A stretch of 64,000 nt of DNA from Marsupella aquatica (GCA_973895155.1 OZ316897.1:12833375-12897374), one strand, 5' to 3'; shown: positions 35,664 to 49,700, counted from the stretch's first letter. Numbers and translations are program-made. The notes: generated from the sequence alone by a model not told the origin.

Positions 35664-36216
35664 ACTAACCTCTGTAGTCTGGTTTGTCGAGTCCGTGTTC
35701 CCACCCGACCGGTCCGCTTGCTGGTGGAGGCCTTACTCGCCCTGACTAAATCTCACCACAATCCGCTCTTATTCCTCGATAATCTCCTCGTAAAGGTCAG
35801 CTTGATTCGAGCAAGAGGCGAGAGTAAATGGCAGCGTCCGCGAATCTCGGAAGGTAGAAATGAGCAAATGGCCGGCAGCGCCATTGACTCCGCTCTTATG
35901 GAGGTGCCAGGGTGAGCTTCGAGCGTGAGTGGGCAAGGCCGTTTCGGTCGTTGATGATGAGCTGAGGTCGGCGTCTCGGTCCAAGCGTGATTCTTCTAAC
36001 GGATGTTTACTCCGCCGCCACCACCGTACCTCGGTCGAGCGTAATAATCCTCTTCCTTAATTCGTAATCATTTGGTCAACTAACTTACTCCTAATCTATT
36101 CATAATGGCAAAGACGGCGATTCGTGCTATTCTACGCTACGGCTACGGTCCTAATGACCATATAAATCTTAATCTATGACCTGCGTTTGGTTAAGTGACA
36201 CGTTGCTCGTGTCACA

Positions 36217-36635
36217 CACCTCAACATCTTTTCTCTCTAGACATATTTTATCAAATCAACATTTTTTGCTCACATTGACATATTTTTTCTCCTTCAAATC
36301 TTTTTCTCATCTCAACATCTATTTCTCTCCTTAACATCCTTTGCTTACCTTGAGTGACATTTTTTGCTCACCTTGAAAGCTTTTGTCTAGGACTCAACCT
36401 TTTTTATCACTTGGACATTGTTTGCTCACCTGGACATGTTTTATCTCCTTGACATCTTTTACCACCTTGGCATCTTTTTTCTCTCTTTGACATCTTTTAT
36501 CACTTGGATATCTTTAGACACCTTGAAATTGTTTTCTCTCATTGACATCTTTTGTTCGCCTTGACAACTTTTCTCTCCTTGACTTTGACATCATTTATCT
36601 CCTACATATCTTTTGTCACCTTAACATCTTTCCTC
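36217..36635. repeat. Degenerate CT-rich satellite, right part
   Basis: Same cttgacatcttt motif as 20560-20717. Confidence 0.75.
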
Positions 36636-37034
36636 CACGGGCATTGGGCTACTTCACCTATATTTACTTAAAAAAAAAGAGAGGGGTGGTTAGGCTAGTC
36701 CATGCAAGTCAATAAATGAAGTTCCCACGAAGTCTGGCTTGGATCTGCCAACAACACGCAGTTAGGACATGCGTGTGACACTGCCTATTTGCCTAACGAC
36801 TCTTCTACAGTTGCTGAGTGTGCCGCTCTGATCACAAATCAACTGTACCAGGTGTATATATCAGGGATTTGGCAGTTTATAGAGTTCGATCGGGAAAAAC
36901 GAGTCCCCGTGCATTGCCTTGCTGAGGTGGCCACACGCTGCCGCGATCTCGCCCTGTGTCTATGCGCTTTGCCATCGGCGCGACCTTGCCTGCCGCCCCC
37001 CTACCAGTTCCCCTCCCGTAGCTGCCAGTTTCCT

Positions 37035-37262
37035 CTCTGGAGTTTGAATTGAGTAGCAATCAATCAGAGCTAGCGATTGGTGACATTTTGTCTTCCGGTG
37101 ATTCCACCCGGCCTTTCTGAGATGAGGAAACGCCGGTTTCAACTGGGTTTTCCCAGAGATATTGTTTTCCCATGAACCCTGTTCGACATCAGTGGTCATA
37201 ATCTTCATTGCAAAGAACGTATAACAACTACTCTTAAAGGAGACTTGCGCGTCCAGATCATT
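37035..37262 (-). repeat. Inverted fragment of the ADH cassette (about 1812..2045)
   Basis: Reverse-complement match, for example gagtagcaatcaatcagagc and gagatattgttttcccatg. Confidence 0.85.
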
Positions 37263-37340
37263 CGTGTCCTGCGGTGTTAGTTGAAATCTCTAGCATGCTC
37301 ATCGTTGTAGAAGCGGTCTTCATACAGAAGATAACAAGTG

Positions 37341-37504
37341 GCACGGCCCATAAGGAGGCAAAGGCAATTGTTATCTCAACCATCAAATTCTACTTACGAA
37401 GCTTTCCCAGCCTTTGGAATTGCACGGCCCATAAGGAGGCAAAGGCAATTGTTATCTCAACCATCAAATTCTACTTACGAAGCTTTCCCAGCCTTTGGAA
37501 TTGC
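37341..37504. repeat. Perfect 81-bp tandem duplication
   Basis: gcacggcccataaggagg...cctttggaatt at 37341 and 37422. The 37272-37370 segment recurs at about 37619-37718. Confidence 0.9.
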
Positions 37505-40500
37505 TACAGGGTGCCCACCTTACTTTGAAGGGACTTTATAGTGTAATGTGTTTGAAGAAGATATGTTCGATCTTATTCGCTGTTGTGTAATCTTTTGTCA
37601 TTGCATGTCTTCGTCCCAGTGTTTGTTGAAATCTCTAGCATGCTCATCGGTGTAGAAGCGGTCGTTCATACAGAAGATAACAAGTGGCACGGCCCATAAG
37701 AAGGCAAAGGCGATTGTTTGACTGCCATGGGGCTCATTGGCCAGTGACCTGAATGAAATCAATGAATGCTCCCGAGTCACAGTACTGTGTACATACGGAG
37801 ACGACCAGCCTGGATGCTGATATTGTTGTAAGCCGCCGATCAGCAATCATGGTGGCACGTCTCAAACAGATTAATACAGTCATTTAATGACTTTACAGGG
37901 ATCCCCACAGGCATGACCAACTACAATCATGAGGCCACGTCATTAACAGAAGTCTCCGCCTAGTATTTCTAATCTTAAGGACATCGCACAGTCTAATTTG
38001 CATTAATTTGCTACCCTAGAGATGTCTTGCTAAATAATGATTTCAACGCAGTTGTCTTCGATTGGACTCCAATGTTCATGGAAGCAGGGACGGACCTCCA
38101 TGTTTGACAAAAGACTCATATAGGGTACATTACGTAGATGAGTAATATGTGAAAATGACAAGAAAACAGATAGCTGATCATGTTTGAAAATTTGTAGGTC
38201 TGCTGGTAAGCTCTCACTAAAATGTGACTACAGTTGGTTCCTTGCAAAAATCTTTCCTAGCAGTTTCTAATGGACTCAAGAAAATAAGATTCAATAGGAT
38301 ATCCAGCGATACTAAATGTCAAATTTGGTTGCTTAAAAACCTTTGGAAGTGTAAAGTTGACAATGAGTGAGTGAGCCAGCTTTAGAAATTCACAACTCTC
38401 TCAATTTGGAAACTAGAGCTTTCATACTAGTATTTGAAAGACCTTTCCAAGCTGGTTCTAACTAGCCCAAGAAGGTCCGATTCCACTTGATAGAAAGGGG
38501 GATTCTATAGCTCAAACTTTTGTGGTTGGAAATCCAGTTGGTTCCACGCCAAATCATGCTGGGTGGGTTTAATGTGTAATGAATGGAAAATTTGTAAATA
38601 AAATCTGGGGTATTCTTCACCTATATTCAACCATTTCTTGGGCTTGTGCAGTTTTTCATGTATGGTGGAGGCCTTATCGTTGGCCCAGTTGGATCAGCCA
38701 TAGTGGAACATAATTATTTATTGTGTAATAACAATTTATTCTAATATCAACTAAAGCATTTTGGTTTTGAAGAGAGATAATAAAATTCATGTAAATAATG
38801 GATGATATTTACATGAACAATAAAGTTATCCATAAAGTCCATTATTACGGGTGACTGGTCCCTACTTTATTACAAATTAGTTTGTGGACCCCTTGGCTAA
38901 TAAAATCAAGGGGAAGAGTCGATCTGAGCCATATCCATTTCTTATCTCCGGAAATCTCGTCCGTCCATCATAATGGCCAATCTATGGCTCAAAAGAAAGA
39001 TCTCAAATAGATCTATGGATGGGTTCTGTCCGTTTTGCAAATGGGTTAATAATTTTCAAATGAAAAATTAAACAAATCCAAGCCTTCCTAGCCGTCGATT
39101 TTGTTGATTTTACGATCTTTGCCGTCCATTTTGTAATGCCTCTAGAAATCTTATTCATCCATGTTAGAAGGCGATCTAGGGTGCAAAAGAAAGATCTCAA
39201 TGAGATCTACGACTGGGTATTTTTTTGTTTTGAGAATGAGTAAATAGTTTTGAGTATAAAATTCAATGAATGTTCAAGATTCCAGCCATTCCTCCTCCCC
39301 GATCTTGGGTTTCTATGTGCTCCCAGCATTAATGGCCGTACAATACGAGAGGTCCTTACATACCGGGAGTTGCGGTTTAACAAGGAAGTTATCAAGTTAG
39401 TTATTAGTCATTACTTATTTATTATATGAAAAATACTTTTTATAAATCTTTGAATTTAAGTTTTACAATTGGAAATGTAACTAAAACGGTTACATAGTGA
39501 CAGTTTTAACCATCTTGCTCTTTGCATTTCCAATGTTTTTACTTTTCTTTTTACGGCACGGCATCCCAAAATTTACACCCAAATTGACACAAACACGAAT
39601 GAAACCTATAAGTTTGATTCATAAAACCGACGAGTCTTGTTTGTTGCGGTTGTTGCTGACGTGGCACGCTGTGGTGCCAGGAATTTTGGAAGGGACCTCT
39701 AGTGGGGTCCGTAATTACTCGACGAGTTAGTTTAACTCATAAATTTAAGTACTTGGGGGCAAGAAATAGGGTGAAACACGTTTTTCGTCTCTCCAATAGT
39801 GTGGGGCCTTTCTCACCACTAGTTAGGCCCAGGCCTGATGTCTTTCTTCACTCTCCCCCAGCCCCGAGTGTTTCCTCCTTCGCTGCCCCATGCCTGATTC
39901 AATTCGTCACCATCGCTGCCTCACTGTTGATTACGTCTCAATTGTTGCCTTCGCTGCCTTGCTGCCTGGCTGCCTGGCTGCCTGGCTGCTGGATCTCAAC
40001 ATTTGCATCTCGATCACTGCCTTGCTGCTGCCTCACTGCCTCACTGCCTCGCTGCTGCCTTGCTGCGAGCTGCTGCTCTCCATAGTTGACTGAGAGCTGC
40101 TCTCTCCAATTTATGCTTCCCTCCATAGCCCAATTTGTGCTTCCCTCCATAGCTGCGAGCTGCGGACAGTCACCAGGCTGTGAGCTGCTTCCCACCATAG
40201 CTGCACGTGAGCTGCTCTCCTAAGATTTTGCCTTCCTTCCACAGCTGCGAGCTGCTTTCCTAAGATTTTGCCTTCCCTCCATAGCTGCTTTCCTCCGATT
40301 GCTCAACTCCAAATTCCAGATTACAATTCCAGATTTGTTTGAGGATTTAGGTGCCATTTGGGAGAGCTGCTAACTCACCTGCTTATTTATTAAACTGGGT
40401 TGTTACAAGGGAACTTTTGGAAAGTTTAAGGAAACGCACTTAAAAGACCAAATAGTGAATCTTGCCTGAGTTTGGCCACTTTACATTAAGGATAACTTTA

Positions 40501-40751
40501 ATTTCTTGATGAAGAAATCAAAACAAATGATGAGATCACCAACTTCCACATAAGTTAAGTTAGGACACATCTATATGAAGAATGATTTAATCTTGTCCTG
40601 CCCTCTTGCATGTCAGCACACTAGCCATGAAGCAAGGAGTCCGATTTCCACCAAGACAATCCATAAGAACGTAATCATGGATCAGTCAATGTTACCTTAA
40701 TTTTATATGGTTTTGTGTTATTAAACTCCTCCGGTTCTTCTTGGGTATATC

Positions 40752-40988
40752 TCAAGGCTCTCCTGCTTGTTGTCCTGGCTTCTCTTGAGCCTCTCCTGGC
40801 TGCTCTGGAACCTCTTCTGGCTGCGGTTGAGGTCCTTCCTTGTCTAGTCGAGGACTCAATAACTTTCTAATTACTGTGAACCACATTATAATGGAGTTTG
40901 CAATAACCCAAGTCAACACGAGCTTCAGGCCCTCAAAGATACAGTCGGACAAGTTATTGAACAGTATACTCAAAACGTTTGGATCCAT
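40752..40988 (-). CDS. Small orphan membrane protein, copy 3 (78 aa), within cassette fragment about 40500-41190
   Basis: MDPNVLSILFNNLSDCIFEGLKLVLTWVIAN...QPGEAQEKPGQQAGEP*. Confidence 0.6.
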   Translation of the reverse strand: MDPNVLSILFNNLSDCIFEGLKLVLTWVIANSIIMWFTVIRKLLSPRLDKEGPQPQPEEVPEQPGEAQEKPGQQAGEP

Positions 40989-43888
40989 GTTCACTGATGG
41001 CCTTAATAAGAGTCTCCTGCACCTGACGACATAAAACGTTTGAACCCAGTCAGCACAAATATTAAAGCTCTCGGGGGTATCTCAGTCTCACATTCGTTTG
41101 CTAAACCGTTGGACGTTGTACTGTGGTGCTACGGACTCCTAAAGGCTACCCACCTAAAGCAGCATCTTTAATTAAATAGCAATATTAAACCGGGCTCTAC
41201 ATTACAATGATTCGTCAATCGATTTACACGGGCACGGAAAGTCATTCATGATTACCCAGGCACTCATCGCCCTGCTCTGGTTCCAACTTTGGAGCCATAG
41301 GGGGCACGTAATCGTAGTTCAGCTGAGATCCAACACGGCTCAATGGACTGTAGCATAGTATGAGCGTATTAGCGTAAGCTCCAGCAAACAAGTCTCAATT
41401 TACTGTAGCAGAGTACCAACGGACGCTCCAGCACAACAAGTCTCAATTTACTGTAGCAGAGATCAAGTACACACATTGAGGGAGGAGCATTTAATGTAGG
41501 TTCATTTGTCTTTAATACAATGTACTATGTATATTCCAATTTGTGTTGAATATTGTATACAAATTAAAGAGTGTTAGAGTGAGTGAGAGTGTTATGACCA
41601 AAGTTTATTTATATACCTCTATACTTATTCGGAGAAAACTGAATGCGGAGAAAATACTTGGGAGGCATTTTTTGCCCCCCATCACATTGAGTTCGGTTCA
41701 GCCAACTAGTTACTTTCTTTAGACCAATGAACACACCGTATATTACCACATTCTCACACGTGATTACCGGCGGAGGATCAGAAGTGCAGGACCGGGAAAA
41801 TAGTAGGTCAGCCATGAATGAAAGACGAGTCGGCTCCTTCCGCTCTGAAAGACGCGCCTGCTCCTTCCGCTCTTCATTCCGCTCTCCAAGTACAAATATA
41901 TTTTCGTGTGTGATCTTCCGTTGCATTTCGAATCTGAATGCAAGTCCTCGACAGACATACCGTAGCATACACTACTGCTGCCTCCTTCCACTCTCCTTCC
42001 ACTTTCCTTCCACTTTCCTTCCACTCTCATGTACACACTCGTGAGCTCGTGGGATCAGAATACTCTCTCCTTCCACTCTCATGTACGCACTCGTGAGCTC
42101 GTGGGATCAAAATGCAATAAACTCCGTTGGCACCGTGCGAGATCTGCAATTCTTCACTTCGTGTAAGATCCTCGAGACTCAGCACTTCCAGGTTTGCAAA
42201 AGCCAGAAGATGATGCTAAGTTCGATCAAATTGTGCGCTCGCATGCTTACTTGCTCTCGATTTCATATCTTAGAGAAGAAGTTCGATCCATTGCACGCCA
42301 TTAAATGATATGTGGGTACTCAAGTTACTAACAGCAACAGGAGCGTGACGCCGGTTTTGCAGCCCTTGGCCCTCGCGACAGTTTCGGAAAAAGCCTATCT
42401 ACTCCGTCTTTGAATATCCAACGTGTCATGTGTGCGGCTGCGGCTAAGTTCATAAATCAGCTTGCTTCCTTTACTGTATTCGTCAAAGCTCGGGATGTGC
42501 AAGGGAAAGTTTCCTGCCCTTGCCTCGGAAATGTAAGGATAACATGTCATGTATGCGACTGAGTTCGGCTGAGTTCACAAATAGCAATTAGCTTGTGCTA
42601 TCCGTGACCTTAGTGTTAGGTTTTAAAATGTGACCACATACAATGTATTATGTCACTCCATATATATCATGATAAACCAAAATATAATCTTTAAATCACA
42701 CTGAGTGTTATTGTGAGTACGTATCTGGCCGTCAATTTTTGATGGGCAATTACCGGAAGCTTAGGTTACTTACAGGAGGAGTCACTCACGTCGTCACCTC
42801 GCCTGTGGCCAACAATTTTTTGTGCAATTACCGGGAGCTTAGGTTACATACCAGGAAGAGTCACTCAGGTCTTCACCTCGCAGCACGCTTGGTGGTGGGC
42901 CCGTGAACTGGGGAGAGCTAGAATGGGAAGCTGAGGGAAGGCGAGGGAAGAAGTGGGAAGAAGTGGGAAGAAGAGGAACGCGCGTCACGCTTGGTGGTAC
43001 GGCATGTCCTTCTATGGACCAGCCTCGCTGCTACAATTAATACAGTACCTCGGGAATGCCAATCATCGTAGTTTCTGCTACTGTAAAAGTCCAATGCCAA
43101 AGGGCAGCATTTCACTCCAATGCCAAAGGACAATATCCCAAGGCCGTCGCACGGCTCCACCACCGTCATCTACCACCGGACTGTAAGAGCAGAGCACCGT
43201 TGGTACCACACCGGGCTATATCGCAACAGAGCACCACGCCGAGCTATAACAGCAGAGCACCATTGTTCCAACACCGAGACATAACAGCGGAGCACCATAC
43301 CACGGCAATCAGGACACATGCTCTGCAATTTTCACTTCTTGTGAGACATCCTCGAGATTCTGCAATTCCAGCTTTGCAAAGAGGATGATCCAATAATCGA
43401 CCACATTGTGCACTCGTATGCTTACTTAGTCTCGATCTCGATTTCATAATCTTAGGAAAGAAATTCCATCTTCACGCCATCCCGATGATATGTGAGTGCT
43501 CAACTTACCTCTTGTTGTTGCTGTTTGGATGCTGCAGGACCGTAACGCCAGTTGACCGCCTGTGCACTTTCCTTCGTCACTCAGTCTTTGGGAGCGCTCG
43601 ATTGATTGAAGGCAGATAAGGCACCAGAAGTTGGCTTTGTCACGGGAAGTCTACTTGGCAGCTTCATTCCTCACACGGCGGCTTCGTCACATCAGGTGTG
43701 ACTCTCGTCTCTTAATTCAAGCTAACCTCGCTTTTAGTATGGTCGTGCTTTAGCAATCTCTGTTGCCGGATGAGTCCTTACATTAGCTTGAATGGATTGA
43801 ACGAATATAGCAGCTGCGGCGAGCCTGAAAGATCCTTAGCCTCGTCGGTCGCATTACGAGCACTTACAATTCTGGCCACTTTTTTCCC

Positions 43889-43998
43889 TTCCAGACGCAC
43901 GAGTGTCTTCCTTCCAGACACACGAGTGTTTTCCTTTCCAGACGCACGAGTGTCTTCCTTCCAGACACACGAGTGTTTTCCTTTCCAGACGCACGAGT
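43889..43998. repeat. Minisatellite of about 23 bp x5
   Basis: ttccagac(g/a)cacgagtgt(c/t)ttcc repeated. Confidence 0.85.
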
Positions 43999-45261
43999 TC
44001 TTAAAAAGCTTTTGGCGGCTTCGTCACATCAGGTGTTGCGCCGAGTCTCGTCTCTTAATTCAAGCTAACCTCACTTTTAGCATGGTCGTGCTTTGGCAAT
44101 CTCTGTTGCCAGAGTCCTTCCATTAGCTTTGAATCGATTGAAAGAATAATGCAGAGTTGACCAGCCTCTAAGATTCTTCGTTTTTGCATCGTCGTCTTGT
44201 AGGAACCTCTGTTGCCAGATGAGTCCTTCCATTAGCTTTGAATGGATTGAACGAACACAGCTGACGCAACAAGCCTGTAAAATCCTTAATTTTATCGATC
44301 GCATTATGAGCACTTAGACGCACGAGTGTTTTCCCTTCCAGACGCACGAGTTCCTAAAAAAACTTTTGGTGGTTCTGGAAGGGAAAATCCAGTTTTAAGG
44401 AACTTGTGGCGCATTGCCGTGCTTGTGAGGCTTGTTTTGTTTGCATTTCTAACAAGATGGTGCACTCGCACTTGAATGGAATCACTTGCACCCGATCGCT
44501 GGACTGGGCATAGACTACTAAACGACACGGGCGGATCGAGAGTACGGAGGCCGAGTGCTTTGTTTAGAATTTGATCACACCAATTCAGTAGATTTCTCAA
44601 ATTCCAGTCATGCTGGACAAGTATCGCGGCGCTGTATGTTCGTACTTTCATGTACACTTTCCTGCTGCTCTCTTCATCTCACCTGGATAGCTAACTGCTA
44701 CTTGACTTGAATCTGGAAGTCCTCCGGGAGTTTTGCGCTCAGCTTCTACTTGACTTGATCCCCGTCCGTTGTTCGTTTTGCCCAGCTTCCGATTTGAGGT
44801 TCGGAGTTCGGGTCCAGCTGGATCATATATTTGACATACCTTGTAGACATTTGGAGAGCAAAACCACCGCTCTCAGCTCCCCTCACTTGCTCCAAGAATG
44901 CTCAATTCTGACGCATGCCTGGACGTTTGATTCTACCCCACCGTCGTACAGGAGGACAGAATTAGCATTCGGACGCACTGGATTCGGGGCTTCCCATCCA
45001 GTTTACTCGGGCCTTTACATCCAGTTGATTATTGCACCATTCTGGTTGTCCTTGACTTCCGTGTTGCTAGCCAGGACACTGCAAAGATCTCCTTTCATTG
45101 TTTCTTCGATGTGGTTACTTTATTAAAGAAGAAGTCCAAAATGCTTATGTAAAGGACACAGATGTGTTTGGAGACGACGTCTCTTTCCTGGCAAGGGCTG
45201 GAATGTTGGATCGTTGAAGACTTGAACTTGCGTCCTAACTCTCCACGGGCTAAACAAAGTA

Positions 45262-46100
45262 AGCTCGCCCATCCCCACATTTTCCGCTGCTGCAGTTCAA
45301 GCACTGTCCCACTCCTCTAATCCGAACTTACCAACATACCTCTGTCCGATGCTTCATTTGTCGATCCTAGTACATCAGCCTCAATCACCTTAGTAAGCTC
45401 TCCGACGGCCTGCTGAGGATACATGCAGCACCCTTTCAGCTGGAGGTTGCGATGCACCAGAGTAAAATGCGGAATGAAGATTTTGTCACGTATGCCGCCC
45501 ATGAGACTGCTCCGCCCTCCATGCCTCAGGGCAAGAATCCCACTCCCAATGTGCGTCGACTTGGCAGCCTGCGCCGGAGAGATGTTGAAACACATCCACT
45601 GGCCCGAAGCAGCTGCGCAAAGCGTTGGTCTGGGCCTCCACATCGCCTGTGATCTCTACGATCTTGAGCGGGGTGGGGTTTAGCAGGTACAGCAAGCTTC
45701 TTCTAGACAGAGGTAATACGTCCCATGGCGATGACAAGCGCAACGAGCACGGCACATCTACCGTAGGGTCCCGTTGCCGGAGCGACGATGACCGTCTCCC
45801 CAGTCCTATGATAGATACTGATTTCACAGGCTGGTTCTACAAAACGTCTTGGCTCCATGCGGCTCCATGGCTTCAGTGGGCTCTACAATCTCTTGTGTAT
45901 TGCGTTTTATGCGATTAAATCTGGACCATATATTGAATAGCATATCCCTCAGCCCACCGTAGGGAACCATCATTCGAGAAATGATTCCTAGGGATTTGAC
46001 ACTGTACCTTAGGCCGCCATCGCCGATAGTCCCAAGGAGCTATTTCTCGTTCAGCACATGTCAATTCTCAAGCGGCACCTTCGCGAATTCCGCGTAAGTT
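45262..46100 (-). pseudogene. MDR/ADH pseudogene (inverted, internal fragments)
   Basis: Reads ISPAQAAKSTHIGSGILALRHGGR...GCCMYPQQAVGEL and YAEFAKVPLEN*. It has stops, frameshifts and an insertion at about 45805-45940. Confidence 0.9.
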
Positions 46101-46483
46101 GAATACAGCAGATTCGACCAGCGTGGAAAATCCTTACTTTCTTTACTCGCATTATGAGCAGTTGTAACTTTACAACTTTCTGGAATTTTGGCTACTGTTG
46201 TTGAAGCTCCGCCAAGCTCCGTTGGCGGAGCTTGGTACCTGCCGTGCTTGGGAACATTGATTTGGCAATGCTGACGTAAAGGCTACCAGTGTGAAGAGAT
46301 CTCCTTCCTGACAGGGGCTGGAATGTTGGATCATTTATCCTGGTCTTGACGAAGCGCATCAAACTAATGTTGTTAGCAAACGTACGTGAGACTCAGATAT
46401 CCCACGAGTTTAATATTTGTGCTGACTTGGTTGAGGCGTTGTATGTCGTCAGGTGAAGAAGACTCCGAAGGCTGTCAGTGAAC

Positions 46484-46741
46484 ATGGATCCAAACGTTTT
46501 GAGTGTGCTACTCAATATCCTGTCCGCCTGTATCTTTGAGGGCCTCAAGCTCGTCTTGGTATGGGTTATTGCGAACTACATGATGATGTGGTTCGTAGAA
46601 TTGAGAGAGTTATTCGGTCCTTTATTAGACAGGGAAGGACCTCAAGCGCAGCCAAGAGTGGCTCAAGGGCAGCCAGGAGAGGTTCAAGAGCAGCCAGGAG
46701 AAGCTCCAGAGCAGCCAGAAGAGCAAGTAGGAGAGCCTTAA
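46484..46741 (+). CDS. Small orphan membrane protein, copy 4 (85 aa)
   Basis: MDPNVLSVLLNILSACIFEGLKLVLVWVIANY...QPGEVQEQPGEAPEQPEEQVGEP*. Confidence 0.6.
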   Translation: MDPNVLSVLLNILSACIFEGLKLVLVWVIANYMMMWFVELRELFGPLLDREGPQAQPRVAQGQPGEVQEQPGEAPEQPEEQVGEP

Positions 46742-49700
46742 TTAAGAGTATACCCAAGAAGAACGTGGACCAATTTAACATGGCAAACCAGAAATTAAGC
46801 TACAACATAATTGACTGGTCAATGATTACTTTCATATAGATTTGTCTTCTTGGAAACTAGACGACTTGCTTCATGGCTAGTCTGCGGACATGCAAGAGGG
46901 CACCCCAAAGTTAGATCACAGATGGATGTCTCCTTTTGTTGAGATATAAGAGTTGGCGGTCTCATCGTGTGTTTCTAGCTTCCAATTGGCCTTGGTAAAA
47001 GGTATCAATGGACATGGATTTTACAAACTTCCTGATCTATTGAGATCTAGCTGCCTGCTGAGTTTCAAGGACTTGTTTGCAACACATATCAGGTTTGAAT
47101 TGATTCTCCGTCGTAATAAAAGAATGGACATTGTTGAAAACTTGGCAGATCGATCGGCAACTGCAAACTAATCCAGTCGGGAAAATTATGGAATCCTCAA
47201 TGAGGCGATCAAAAGTACATCTTCTCACGCCACCTCGTGCTCATTGGTTCGGCGCTGGAACCTTGTCCAAAACTGGCGCTGATCACTTGAGCCTATCCCC
47301 CGATCTTCAACGATAAGGTATGCTATCCCCGATTTATCAACGACAACAGTGCGTTCCGTCAGAACAATGTTTTCTACGCTAGCAGTCGAGGTCAATTTCG
47401 CAGTCACTCCCACTTGAATTCAACCTTTTAATGTTCATCCTTTCAACGGCAGCCAGAGTTCCCCGTGTGCTGGAACTCTTTGGGTGTATTCGTTGTGTAC
47501 ATCGAGAGGATCCTCATGCCGAAATATACTTCTGGTACAGCCTTCAAATATGCTTGTCATCATGATTGTCATCTGCTGCGCTCCCAGCTGCGCTGACTAG
47601 ACTCTGGACTTTGAATTGATGAGTAGCAATCAATCAGAGCTTGCGATTGGTGACATTTTGTCTTTCGGTTATTCCACCCGGCCTTTCTGAGATGATGAAA
47701 CGCCGGTTTCAAGTGGAGAGGGTGGGCGGGAGAGGCAGAAGGGGCATGAATACTGTGAAAAGTTTTATGGATGGCCAGACAAAAAGTTATTATTATTCTG
47801 TAAAAGCATAAACACTGGTTTTTCCCACGAAAAGGCCACTACAGAAAGCTTAGTCAATTAGATTGAAAAAAAAAGATGAGGCATAGAGAACAACATGTTT
47901 TCTAACTGTTGTGATTGATTTGGTGCATCACCTCTATTCCTATATTTAGATTATGAAAGTTTCTCCAAATTTTGGGACGATTGAGCCCAATCAATCATAA
48001 AGCTTGTTTCCAAACACAAAACTCCATTTTAAACACTAAGGGCCTTGGAACAAAGTGGCATTTTCATAACTTTTTGGTTATGAGGCTAATCTTTCCATCT
48101 TTTAATACAAAGCCCAGGCCTTGATTTTGTGGAAGACACCAGTGCATCTTAAACCAAACATGGAAATTTCCTCAGACATAACTCAAGGTATTAAATTTAC
48201 AAAGTTTAAAATACCAAAAGTTGAATCCGGGCACCATTCAAATATCTGCCAGTTCTAATTGATGGCAAGGGGGGTCCAGAAGTCAATGATGCAAAAGTGT
48301 GACAGATTCAAGTTTTAAACCACTCACTTGCCAAATTTGATTTATCAATATTTGAGGTGTTGATGTTGCTGCATAAGTTCCCAGCTTAGATAACACTGGT
48401 ACATCATGAACCACAATTTGGACAACTTTTAAGCAATTTTAAACCTTAACTGTCCATCTTTGGTGATCCATGATCAATTTGCTTTTGGGTTCAAGATGGT
48501 CCAATTTATGGGGGAATTATGGCTGTCATTACTATTTTGTTTGCAACCAATCCTTTTTCAGAAAAGCTCCATGATGCCCAACTTGTTTGTTGTATGTTTG
48601 GAAGAGTCACATTGAGCTTTGAGGTCTTACAATTGCTCAACAGATTTTTTTTAAGATTGAACCATTTAAAACTTAAGGTTATTCTGGAACATACTCATTG
48701 TTGGGATGAAATTAAATGCATCATAGTTAGCTTAAGATATAATTATACAACACTTTTACTTAGATGAAACATACCGAGAATATGATGGAATATAATATAC
48801 AGCATATTTGAGAGAACGGTGTCTAGGACAAATATGAAAAGTGAGACTTGTACTTGGAGATGATACATCCTCCTTGGACTCTTAGCATAGATCCATTGCT
48901 TTGTAGTTTGTCAGGTAATAGAAAGCCAAAATAATTCAAACCCGTTTTGAGATGAGATTGGAAATGTGCAAATTGCACAACTTACCTTTCAGACATTTGA
49001 CATTTATCCTCTTATTCTAATCAGCATAGGGACTTCTACATATTGAACCACATCGACCAGCAAAGATAGCTCACATCTCATTATCTGAGATGTTCTAGGT
49101 TGCCATAAAACTATTTGGTTATTTACTAGTATGAAACTGATTTTATTTTACTGACTGAGATCCCACTGATTTAACCATGGTTAAGATTTTCTGGTTAGTT
49201 CAGAACACATTAACTAAGGGGTTTTGAACACATATGATTGAGGAAAAAAGGGCTGGTTGACTCCACAACGTTGATCATGGCATTGGTATTATTTTGCTTG
49301 TCAAACATGGTCCATCATTTGGTAGGGTGATTGGTGCTTGAATGTGACCATTGATGTGTTCAAATTTAACCCAGGTGAAAGTTGGTTACGTCAGTGACAT
49401 ATTTTTGACTAAAATAGAATCAGTGGCATTGTAGTAAATATTAAAATTTATCTTGGAGTTAGTGTTTTTCCCTAATTGTTGTTGGTAATCCTAATTTAAG
49501 AGTGGGGCAGGTTTGAATAGAAAATAACACTTATTGTGGTGGGCTTTTTTGGCCAAGACTATCTCAGGTTGGAATCCCAGAACAAGAACAATTCTCATTT
49601 GTCAAGTCTAAGTATCTCCTGATTTGTGTTGACATTGTCTTTGGTATGTGTTCATAGGAACCCTTTGCTTGAATGCAGTACTGTAGTTGTCTTTAAATTG

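Larger units (their letters stand above)
20718..36216. mobile_element. Solo-LTR-like (Ty3/gypsy-type) element, 3,857 bp once the nested transposon and one TSD copy are removed
   Basis: Starts TGTCGCGCCCC and ends CGTGTCACA. The 5-bp TSD CACCT is at 20713-20717 and 36217-36221. No gag/pol and no second LTR copy seen. Confidence 0.8.
43240..47715 (-). repeat. Inverted, rearranged copy of the ADH cassette
   Basis: Reverse-complement matches to about 5350-5730, 4340-5010, the ADH gene, 2640-3250 and 1925-2660. Confidence 0.85.

Noticed and set aside
20718-36216. Full-length 15.5-kb LTR retrotransposon
   Set aside because: No paired LTRs and no gag, RT or integrase; 11.6 kb of the span is the nested DNA transposon.
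46204-46233. Perfect 12-bp hairpin as a Helitron 3' end or terminator
   Set aside because: No CTRR terminus at the expected spacing, and it is not shared by other cassette copies.
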